Source: Candidatus Margulisiibacteriota bacterium | GTDB taxonomy: Bacteria; Margulisbacteria; Termititenacia; Termititenacales; Termititenacaceae | DNA: 43,348 nucleotides | Direction of reading: 5' to 3' | Assembly (NCBI GenBank): GCA_031268855.1 | Contig: JAIRWS010000045.1 | Span: 1 to 43,348, forward strand | Shown: one piece after another, positions 18,394 to 26,122 of the stretch | Layout: each line of letters opens with the position of its first letter | Numbering within the stretch: position 1 is the stretch's first letter | Program-made: the position numbers and the translations under genes | Notes under the pieces: model-generated | Told to the model about the DNA's origin: nothing | Databases searched by the model: none | The model's input: only the letters and a program-made list of their open reading frames with translations

Positions 18394-18856
18394 AAAAACT
18401 CTCGTACATTTTCAGCAGCGCGCCGCCCCAGTATTCCACAATGACAAACGCCGCCATGATAAACGGCGCAAACGGCAGGACGGCGTCTTTACTGACCCTG
18501 CGGCTGGCCAGCAGCCCCAGCGCAACCAGCATACCGAGAAAAAATGACAGGAATAAAAACAAAATATACCGCGCTGGTTCGAAATACAAAGCCGTGCCGA
18601 AAAAAAGCAAAAAATCCGCGCCGCCAAAAACCGGCCGGCGGTAATGAAATTTTTCCAGGCCTTTGATCAGCAAAAACAAGGCCAGCCAGATCAGCAGGTT
18701 GCCGAAAAATAAGCCGTGATAATTTTCCTGAAAATACAGCAGAGCAAGAAAACCTAAAGAACAAAAATACGGCACTTCTTGGCGTTTAAGATCTGTATAG
18801 ACCACCGCCCCAATAAAGCCAAACAAAAACAGTTTTGGCCAGAACGGCGCTAGCAT
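18386..18856 (-). CDS. prepilin peptidase, short A24 family (CpaA/PilD-like)
   Basis: 156 aa, polytopic, with Asp motifs VVYTDLKRQEVP and FGGADFLLF. Overlaps the pilin gene by 8 nt. Confidence 0.7.
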   Translation of the reverse strand: MLAPFWPKLFLFGFIGAVVYTDLKRQEVPYFCSLGFLALLYFQENYHGLFFGNLLIWLALFLLIKGLEKFHYRRPVFGGADFLLFFGTALYFEPARYILFLFLSFFLGMLVALGLLASRRVSKDAVLPFAPFIMAAFVIVEYWGGALLKMYESFYA

Positions 18857-18859
18857 GAT

Positions 18860-20455
18860 TTAAAACTTCACAATGCGCGCCTTATCCAGCAGGCCGTCGA
18901 TTTTGGAAATTTTGGCCAGCGTCGCGGCGTCAAGTTCATTGTCAATGTTGATCAGCATAATCGCTTTGCCGCCGATCTTTTCACGGCCAACCTGCAGTCC
19001 GGCAATATTGACCCTGGCTTCGCCAAGTATGCCGCCAAGCTGGCCGACCACGCCGGGTTTATCCTGATGGGAGAGCACTAGCAAAATGCCTTCCGGTATA
19101 GCCGACAGGGTGAAGCCGTCAACATTGATAATGCGCCCGCCGACCGAGGCAAACAATGAGCCGCAGATCGAGGCTTTGCCTTTTTTGGTGTTGACGACGA
19201 TCTCTATTTCATTGGCGTAATCGTGGACTTTTTCCGTGCGCGCGCTTTTCACTGTGATATTTTTTTCTTTGGCGATCAGCGGCGCGTTGACAAAATTGAC
19301 ATGGCCTTCGGGGTTTACGGCTTCCAGAATGCCTTTCAATATAATAGTGGACAGCGGCGACGGATCGACAGCGGCGATCTCTCCTTTATAATTGATCTCC
19401 ACTTCGGAAAAAGTGTCCTTGACCACCTGGCCGATAAAACGCCCCATTTTTTCCGCCAGACCGAGATAGGGCTTGACCGGCTCAAGCAGCGCGGGCTTCA
19501 TGGTCGGAATATTGACCGGCGCGGAAGCGCTGCCGCCCTGCAAAACCGTAACGATCTGCTGCGCCACATCCACCGCCACATTGATCTGCGCTTCGGCTGT
19601 CGACGCGCCAAGATGCGGCACGGCCACCAAAGTCGGTAATTCCCGCGTCAGCAGCGGCGACTCGATCGCTTTTTTCTCATCTTCAAATACGTCAATGGCC
19701 GCGCCGGCCACCTGCCCGCTGGCCAGAGCGTCAGCCAGATCAGCCTCGACGATAATGCCGCCGCGCGCGCAGTTGACGATGCGCACACCTTTTTTCATCA
19801 GGGCAAATTTTTCCTTGTTAATGAGGCCTTTGGTCTCATTTGTCTTGGGTATATGCAAAGTGAGAAAATCCGCCTCCTGCAAAACCTCATCAAGTTTTTT
19901 TATCTCGATGCCGTGACTCTCGGCGTATTCTTTGGTCACAAAAGGATCATAGGCCGCGACTTTCATGCCCAGAGCCAGACAGCATTTGGCGACATGCGAG
20001 CCGATCTTGCCCAGCCCTACCACGCCGAGCGTCTTACCGTATAATTCCACGCCTTGAAACAGCGAGCGATCCCATTTGTGATTTTTGACCAGCGTGTCGT
20101 AAGCCTGCGGTATCTTGCGCGCCATAGACAGCATCATCGCCAGCGTATGCTCGGCGGCGGCGATCGTATTGCCCTCGGGAGAATTCACAACAATAATGCC
20201 CTGCTCGGTCGCGGACGGCAGGTCAATATTGTCCACGCCAACTCCGGCGCGGCCGATAATTTTGAGTTTCTGTCCGGCCTTGATAATTTTGGGCGTGACT
20301 TTGGTTTCGCTGCGCACGATCAGCGCGTCGTATTCGGGAATAATTTTAACCAGCTCGTCTTCGGGCAGACCGGTTTTGAGGTCGACTTGCAGGCCGGCTT
20401 TTTCAAAAACCGCAATGCCGTCTTTGGATAATTTATCGCTTGCTAAAACTTTCAC
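18860..20455 (-). CDS. serA: D-3-phosphoglycerate dehydrogenase (long form with ASB and ACT domains)
   Basis: 531 aa. Motifs GRAGVGVDNIDL, GVVGLGKIGSHVA, NCARGGIIVE and HLGAST, plus a C-terminal ACT-like region. Confidence 0.92.
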   Translation of the reverse strand: MKVLASDKLSKDGIAVFEKAGLQVDLKTGLPEDELVKIIPEYDALIVRSETKVTPKIIKAGQKLKIIGRAGVGVDNIDLPSATEQGIIVVNSPEGNTIAAAEHTLAMMLSMARKIPQAYDTLVKNHKWDRSLFQGVELYGKTLGVVGLGKIGSHVAKCCLALGMKVAAYDPFVTKEYAESHGIEIKKLDEVLQEADFLTLHIPKTNETKGLINKEKFALMKKGVRIVNCARGGIIVEADLADALASGQVAGAAIDVFEDEKKAIESPLLTRELPTLVAVPHLGASTAEAQINVAVDVAQQIVTVLQGGSASAPVNIPTMKPALLEPVKPYLGLAEKMGRFIGQVVKDTFSEVEINYKGEIAAVDPSPLSTIILKGILEAVNPEGHVNFVNAPLIAKEKNITVKSARTEKVHDYANEIEIVVNTKKGKASICGSLFASVGGRIINVDGFTLSAIPEGILLVLSHQDKPGVVGQLGGILGEARVNIAGLQVGREKIGGKAIMLINIDNELDAATLAKISKIDGLLDKARIVKF

Positions 20456-20506
20456 TGCTCCGCACCTTCCCCGTACTGTTTCAACTTCACCAACAGCGCT
20501 CGAGGT

Positions 20507-21670
20507 TTATTTTTTGGCCAGAATATTCTGCGCGGCCTGCACGCCCTTGCCCCACTGAATGCCGGGCATACCCAGCTGGGACAACACTATTTCCAGACAG
20601 GCGATCACCGCCAGCACATCTTTGGGATCAATAAAACCCAGATGGCCGATGCGGAAAATCTGGCCTTTTAATTCGTCCTGACCGTTAGCCAGCGTGATAC
20701 CCCAATCGTCTTTCATTTTTTTGCGGATCTCGTCAGCGTCTAACCCGTCCGGCGGATACACCGCGGTCACCGCGCGCGAAGCCGTGTTGTCGTTTTCGTT
20801 GAGCAGTTTCAAGCCCAGCGAGCGTAGCGCGGAACGCACCGCTTTCATCAGTCGCTCGTGCCGCCCCAGGATAGATTCCAGTCCTTCCGCCGTCAGCAGA
20901 TCGACCGCCTCGACCAGCTGATAGATCAAACCGATCGCTGGCGTGTAGGGCGTCTGGCCTTCCGCCGCCTGCTTGAGCGCGGCTTTTAAACTTAGATAAA
21001 AATGCGGCAGATCGGAAGTTTCCAGAGCTTTTTTAGCTTTTTCCGAAACAGCCACGACAGCCAGCCCCGGCGGCAGCATGAAGGCTTTTTGCGAACCGGT
21101 AATGACCACGTCCAGCCCCCATTCGTCGATCTTGAGGTCAGAAGCCAAAAAACCGGAGATCGCGTCTACAATAATTAACGCGCCGTGAGCTTTGACGACT
21201 TTGGCTATCTCTTCGACATCGTTGAGCACGGCCGTCGAAGTTTCATTCATTTGAAAGAAAACGCCTTTGATCTTTTTCTCGGTGTCTTTGGCCAGCAGAG
21301 CCTTGACCGCCGATGGATCGACAGCCTGACCGTAAGCGTACTCCAGCGTTTCCACGTCGAGGCCGTAAGTTTTCGCCAGCTTGACCCAGCGTTTGCCGAA
21401 ATTGCCGACGGACGCGATCAACGCCCTGTCGCCCCTGCAGAAACAGCTCGCCACCGCCGCTTCCATGCCGCCTGTGCCGGAAGCGGACAAAACCACCACA
21501 TCATTTTTGGTCTGCAGGAGAACCTGCAATTTGGCGGTCAGATCCAGCATCAATTTTTTGAACGGGCCAGAACGATGGCTCATCATTTCTCTGGCGCCGG
21601 CCAAAGCCACCTGATTGGGCACGGGCGTCGGCCCGGGTATCATCAATAATTCGGAAACGTATTTCTTCAT
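20507..21670 (-). CDS. class V PLP-dependent aminotransferase (AGXT/serine-glyoxylate type; probably the phosphoserine aminotransferase partner of serA)
   Basis: MIPGPTPVP start and a PLP-lysine motif TGSQKAFMLPPG. Adjacent to and co-directional with serA. Confidence 0.8.
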   Translation of the reverse strand: MKKYVSELLMIPGPTPVPNQVALAGAREMMSHRSGPFKKLMLDLTAKLQVLLQTKNDVVVLSASGTGGMEAAVASCFCRGDRALIASVGNFGKRWVKLAKTYGLDVETLEYAYGQAVDPSAVKALLAKDTEKKIKGVFFQMNETSTAVLNDVEEIAKVVKAHGALIIVDAISGFLASDLKIDEWGLDVVITGSQKAFMLPPGLAVVAVSEKAKKALETSDLPHFYLSLKAALKQAAEGQTPYTPAIGLIYQLVEAVDLLTAEGLESILGRHERLMKAVRSALRSLGLKLLNENDNTASRAVTAVYPPDGLDADEIRKKMKDDWGITLANGQDELKGQIFRIGHLGFIDPKDVLAVIACLEIVLSQLGMPGIQWGKGVQAAQNILAKK

Positions 21671-21741
21671 GCTCAGCCTCCTAAAAAGGTCTAAAAAATC
21701 GGCTCATATCCTAGCATTAAAGGGCGGCGCAAGCAAACGGC

Positions 21742-22188
21742 TCAGTTTTCTTTCTCCGCCGATTTCAGCAAATAGATAATCAGCAGCGCCGCGCCGATAT
21801 CGATGAAAACATCCGCCAGATTAAAAGTCGGCCAGCGCGGCAGATTGATAAAATCAATCACATAGCCGTAAAAAATCCGGTCGATGAGATTGCCCAGCGC
21901 GCCGGCAAAAATAAAGATCAAGCCGTTGTACTGCAGCCGGCTGCGGCAGCGTTCTTTTTGCACATACCAGAGAATGACCAGCAGCACCAATGCCGCCAGC
22001 AAGATCAAAAACCAGCGCGCCGCCGGCAAAATGCCAAAAGCCGCGCCAGTATTTTCGCCATAAATTAATTTGAGCACGCCTGGCAGCAGCGTGATTTCCA
22101 GCCCGCTTTTTAGATAGATCAAGGCCAGCCTTTTAGCGGCAAAATCCAGCGCGGTCAAAAAAAATGAAGCGGTTAAAAAAAACAGCAT
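21742..22188 (-). CDS. lspA: lipoprotein signal peptidase II
   Basis: Motifs YGENTGAAFGIL, GALGNLIDRIFYGYVIDFI, WPTFNLADV. Confidence 0.9.
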   Translation of the reverse strand: MLFFLTASFFLTALDFAAKRLALIYLKSGLEITLLPGVLKLIYGENTGAAFGILPAARWFLILLAALVLLVILWYVQKERCRSRLQYNGLIFIFAGALGNLIDRIFYGYVIDFINLPRWPTFNLADVFIDIGAALLIIYLLKSAEKEN

Positions 22189-22502
22189 TATTTAACCAGC
22201 GCCAGTAAAACGCCGATCAACCGGCTGAAAAGACCAGTCACCGAGCGAACTTCGTTGAAATTGGACAAAATCCAGGCAGCCACCACGATCATGATCAGCA
22301 GGCCAAAACCAAAAAACAAACCACCGCAGAAATTCCAGAGCAGATAACCAAAACCAAAAGAGCGGCGCTCTAAATTTTTGTCCAGTGTAAGTTTCGACGT
22401 TTTTTTCTCGCCGTTGAAAGCGCTGATCACGTCTTCTTTGCCGGAGACAGCTTCTAGAATACTTTTACGCAGCTCATTGCGGCGCTGTGGAGTGTCGCTC
22501 AT
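22188..22502 (-). CDS. small membrane protein (104 aa), unknown function
   Basis: Hydrophilic N-terminus followed by two hydrophobic segments (FGFGYLLWNFCGGLFFGFGLLIMIVVAAWIL; LFSRLIGVLLALV). 1-nt overlap with lspA. Confidence 0.5.
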   Translation of the reverse strand: MSDTPQRRNELRKSILEAVSGKEDVISAFNGEKKTSKLTLDKNLERRSFGFGYLLWNFCGGLFFGFGLLIMIVVAAWILSNFNEVRSVTGLFSRLIGVLLALVK

Positions 22503-22524
22503 AATTTAACCCAATCCTTTATTT

Positions 22525-23793
22525 TTATTTGTTTTGCAGCGCGGCAATGCCGGGCAGTTCCCGGCCTTCCAAAAATTCCAAACTCGCGCCGCCGCCAGTG
22601 GAAATATGCGACATTCTGGCAGCCAGACCGGATTTATTGACCGCCGACACAGAGTCGCCGCCGCCGATAATCGTCAAAGCGCCGCTTTCCGCCACGGCTT
22701 TGGCCACCGCAAAAGTGCCTTTGGCGAAATTAGGAAATTCAAAAACACCCAGCGGACCGTTCCAGACCACGGTTTGCGCGCCCTGAAGCGCGGCGGTGAT
22801 CCGGGCGGCGGTCTGCGGCCCAATATCCAGACCTTCCATATCCGCCGGTATCTCTGTGCAGCTCACCACCCGGCTCGGCGCGTCATTGGCAAAATCAGCG
22901 GCGACCACAGTGTCTACCGGCAAAAGCAATCTCACATTTTGGGCTTTGGCGTCGGCCATGATCTTTTGAGCGGTGCCGATCTGCTCATCCTCGCACAAAG
23001 ATTTGCCGACCTCGTAGCCCAGCGCTTTAAAAAAAGTATAAGCCATGCCGCCACCGATAACCAGCGTGTCAACTTTGGTCAGGAGATTTTGCAGCACAGC
23101 GATCTTAGAGCCGACTTTCGCGCCACCGATGATCGCAACATACGGCCGCGCGGGGTTGTCTACGGCCTTGGTCAGATAGGTGATCTCTTTTTCCATAAGC
23201 AGTCCGGCCACAGCCGGCAAATAATGCGTGATGGTTTCCGTCGAAGCGTGCGCGCGGTGCGCCGTGCCGAACGCGTCATTGACGTACAGGTCGCCGTATT
23301 TGGCCAGTTCTTTGGCCATGACCTCGCGCTCGCCCGCCTCTTTGCTTGTTTCTTCAGGGTGAAAACGGGTGTTCTCCAGCATCAGTATCCCGCCATCCGG
23401 CAGGGCTTTGACCAGAGCGTCCGTCTCCACGCCAAAAGCCGCGGGCGCCAGCTGCACCGGCCGTCCCAGTAATTTGGCTAAATGCTCCGCCACCGGCCGC
23501 ATTTTATGTTTGCCCGCGCTGAAAGCTTTTTCGTCAAACGGCTTACCTTCTTTTTCCGCTTTTTCCCTGGCTTTTTTAAGGTCTTTTTTCGGATCACCGA
23601 GATGCGACATCAGCACCAGCGACTTGACGCCGTTGTCCAGCAAATATTTAATAGTCGGCAGCGCCGCCTGAATGCGCGTGTCATCCTGTATCACGCCGTC
23701 TTGCAGCGGCACATTGAAATCGACCCGCGCCAAAATTCTTTGGCCGGCCAGCTCATTTTTGCTCAAGTCTCTTACGGATTTTTTATTGTGCAC
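22525..23793 (-). CDS. pgk: phosphoglycerate kinase
   Basis: Motifs [18 protein letters not shown] and [10 protein letters not shown] place the start at GTG 23793 (GAGGAG 6 nt upstream; gives [11 protein letters not shown]..), because the ATG at 23889 would overlap the upstream gene and add a non-homologous 32-aa extension. Confidence 0.9.
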   Translation of the reverse strand: MHNKKSVRDLSKNELAGQRILARVDFNVPLQDGVIQDDTRIQAALPTIKYLLDNGVKSLVLMSHLGDPKKDLKKAREKAEKEGKPFDEKAFSAGKHKMRPVAEHLAKLLGRPVQLAPAAFGVETDALVKALPDGGILMLENTRFHPEETSKEAGEREVMAKELAKYGDLYVNDAFGTAHRAHASTETITHYLPAVAGLLMEKEITYLTKAVDNPARPYVAIIGGAKVGSKIAVLQNLLTKVDTLVIGGGMAYTFFKALGYEVGKSLCEDEQIGTAQKIMADAKAQNVRLLLPVDTVVAADFANDAPSRVVSCTEIPADMEGLDIGPQTAARITAALQGAQTVVWNGPLGVFEFPNFAKGTFAVAKAVAESGALTIIGGGDSVSAVNKSGLAARMSHISTGGGASLEFLEGRELPGIAALQNK

Positions 23794-23834
23794 CAAAAAC
23801 TCCTCGCTTTGCTGTTCCAATAATAACACCCGTT

Positions 23835-24221
23835 TTAGACTTTTTTCAATGCGCCGCTTTCCGATATAATTTTTTCTCTGGCTTGCCAATCTATCGGCAG
23901 CAGTCTGCCGTCTTCAGCAATATGATAATACACATTAGAGCCGCGGCCAATTTCGATAACATCACCGCGGTAAACTACCCGGCCTTCATCGCTGATAGAA
24001 TCAACATCGTCGTTGTCTAAATAAAATATTTTCAGTTTATATCTTTCGCCGTTGATCGCTAAAGTCAGCGCAATATTTTTGTTATACTTGCAGTACATTC
24101 GTCCCGTGTAAACACCATCACACATGGGTTGACGGACAGCCTTGGTAACACTGAACCAGAATACCAATCCAGCCAGCAAAACAACCAGCATACCCCCAAA
24201 TAATTTTTTATTTATCGTCAT
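23835..24221 (-). CDS. membrane-anchored NlpE-N-terminal-like (lipocalin-like) domain protein
   Basis: Start at the second ATG (24221), 7 nt after AAAGGAGG: [23 protein letters not shown]. Then [27 protein letters not shown].., a paralogue pattern of the next gene. Confidence 0.55.
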   Translation of the reverse strand: MTINKKLFGGMLVVLLAGLVFWFSVTKAVRQPMCDGVYTGRMYCKYNKNIALTLAINGERYKLKIFYLDNDDVDSISDEGRVVYRGDVIEIGRGSNVYYHIAEDGRLLPIDWQAREKIISESGALKKV

Positions 24222-24480
24222 AGTTTTGCCTCCTTTCATAACTTCGTTCGTAATTTTGCTAAATATTCGTCTTACCTCCTCTCAAATAGTTGTGAGTTTT
24301 TCATGCTAACATTTCAGATACAAAATTAGCAATACGGGGATTACTTTTGAGTAAGTTCCCTTGCCTCGGAAAGCCAGGATTTATTAACAGGGCAATAGGA
24401 TTATCAATATATAATGGGTTTTTATTCAGGATACACCGGGTCTGCTGGCGCAAGCCCGGCGTATTTAAACTGCGCGCACG

Positions 24481-24855
24481 TTATTGCCAGATTTCGTAAA
24501 GCGAATAATCCAGCTTTGATCTAATTCTTTTGCCCTGCGGGTCCAGCAGACGCAGCTCCTGGCTGCTGCGCGTCTCATACAAAGAATCGCCGATCTGCAA
24601 AACATTTTTGCGGACATAGACGAGCCGGCCCTGGGTCACGGTTGGAACTTTTTGCTTATTGACAAACTTGGCGCTCAAAGTATATTCGCCGTTTTTAATG
24701 TTGAGCGTCGTGGCAATGCCGCTGTCGTCCGCCGCCGGCAACACGCCGAAAAACACACCCACAGCATCCTGCTCAAGATTTTTGGCAAAATCCGCTTTGC
24801 AGCCCGTCAAAAAAACCAAAGCTAGAAGACAAAACAAAACCTTTCGTATAAACAT
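24481..24855 (-). CDS. lipoprotein with an NlpE-N-terminal-like domain (CXXC replaced)
   Basis: Start ATG 24855, 6 nt after AAGGAGGTG. Lipobox MFIRKVLFCLLALVFLTG|C. FFGVLPAADDSGIATTLNIKNGEYTL parallels the NlpE Y.G.LPCADC.GI...L.L motif. Confidence 0.65.
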   Translation of the reverse strand: MFIRKVLFCLLALVFLTGCKADFAKNLEQDAVGVFFGVLPAADDSGIATTLNIKNGEYTLSAKFVNKQKVPTVTQGRLVYVRKNVLQIGDSLYETRSSQELRLLDPQGKRIRSKLDYSLYEIWQ

Positions 24856-24882
24856 AAGAAGCACCTCCTTTCCAGTCTAAGT

Positions 24883-24912
24883 ATTATAACTCTTGGGAGG
24901 AGGGAATTACAA
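24883..24912 (-). promoter_or_regulatory. candidate sigma-70 promoter for the lipoprotein gene (-35 TTGTAA, 18-nt spacer, -10 TATAAT)
   Basis: Read on the minus strand: ttgtaa-ttccctcctcccaagagt-tataat, about 28 nt upstream of the ATG at 24855. Confidence 0.35.
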
Positions 24913-24985
24913 ATCAGCTGCCGCCCACCGGCCCGTCGCTGGCGCTTAACCTCTTCGGCAGGGAGAAACAAAGAAATATTTTGTT

Positions 24986-26044
24986 TTATAGTTTATTAAG
25001 CCTCTCTGACAAATCATTTATAATGCTTCTCATTTTCCCTTTTACAGCTTCAGGAAAGTTAAAATTTTCATAAAACCATTGAGCTTTTTCAGAATATTTT
25101 ATGGCAATTTCCAGATATTCTTTACATCTACTTATTTCTTTCACTACTAAATACTTGTAATGCTTAGCAAGAACTTCATATAAATAGGGATTATCTGGAT
25201 CGTATCCCAGCACTGTATTAATCTGCGCTACCCCATTCTTAATCTCTTCTAATGACTTCTCTTTTAGCAGCTCATCATGCTGTAACCCTACCGAATCCGC
25301 CAATAGTGCCCAAAAGTCAACTTTACGGCTATAAAACTTATTTTTATGCAACGCGCCCGGCACACCGTATTCTGTAGTGGGTTCCTTTATTTCCTCTCCG
25401 GCTACAGCAAAACAATGCACGCCTATTTCATTATCTTTTTTTGTCCAAGCAAGATAAAGTTCGGTGTGTTCTCTCAAGACAGACATGACCAGATAAAAAA
25501 GCAACGCTAACGGCTTGCAATCTGCTTGTTTATAGTATCCTGAATTGTCAAAGGTTGCGCCAGTTAATATTCGATGACAAAGTCCGGTAAAAGTTCTATT
25601 TTTAATATCATATTTTTCAATATATTCTTTCCGTTTTCCCATAAGAATACTATTATGATCCGCTAAGGTCATTCGTCCGTTTAAACGTCCTAAAACTTCA
25701 AAAACCACCTTAGCCTTTGGCTTGTTCGGATTCTTGGCAATAACTATTTCACAATTAATTTTCGCTAACTCAAGCACGTCCAGACAATTCACTACAGTCA
25801 GCCAATCTTTGGCTCCATCTGTTAACGCAAAAGCAACCACTACCGCTGAAGCATGTCCGATTTCTTTTTCTAAAATCGCAATAAATTGCCGAAATTTTTT
25901 TTCACCATATTCACTAAGAGAAAAATCACTCAAATATAATCCTTGTTCCTGGGCAATTTTTTTGACCACAGCTATCTGGTTTATTATTGCTGTATTGAAT
26001 ATCTCCCGCAAATGTTCATCTTCGGCAACGTTTTTCAAATACAT
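24986..26044 (-). CDS. hypothetical protein (352 aa), last gene of the AT-rich cluster
   Basis: Intact ORF with GAGG 9 nt before the ATG and AT-rich codon usage like the three genes upstream. No signal peptide and no motif I recognise. Confidence 0.6.
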   Translation of the reverse strand: MYLKNVAEDEHLREIFNTAIINQIAVVKKIAQEQGLYLSDFSLSEYGEKKFRQFIAILEKEIGHASAVVVAFALTDGAKDWLTVVNCLDVLELAKINCEIVIAKNPNKPKAKVVFEVLGRLNGRMTLADHNSILMGKRKEYIEKYDIKNRTFTGLCHRILTGATFDNSGYYKQADCKPLALLFYLVMSVLREHTELYLAWTKKDNEIGVHCFAVAGEEIKEPTTEYGVPGALHKNKFYSRKVDFWALLADSVGLQHDELLKEKSLEEIKNGVAQINTVLGYDPDNPYLYEVLAKHYKYLVVKEISRCKEYLEIAIKYSEKAQWFYENFNFPEAVKGKMRSIINDLSERLNKL

Positions 26045-26122
26045 ACCTGGTACCTCTACAAAGATATCGTCGGTTTTTAAGAAAAGTTGCGGGCTTTTCT
26101 TGGGGTATTCTTTAGTATTCTT

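Noticed and set aside
23794-23889. Longer pgk start at ATG 23889 (and similarly gap at 9299 and the CNNM gene at 8113)
   Set aside because: The extensions are non-homologous, overlap upstream genes and lack SD sequences. Internal starts with an SD or stop-start overlaps fit the conserved N-termini.
26079-26101. 8-bp-stem hairpin (aagaaaag-N7-cttttctt) between the HExxH gene and the 352-aa gene, considered as a terminator
   Set aside because: No T-tract follows it on the transcribed (minus) strand. It is at most an mRNA-stability or processing element, and I do not call it.
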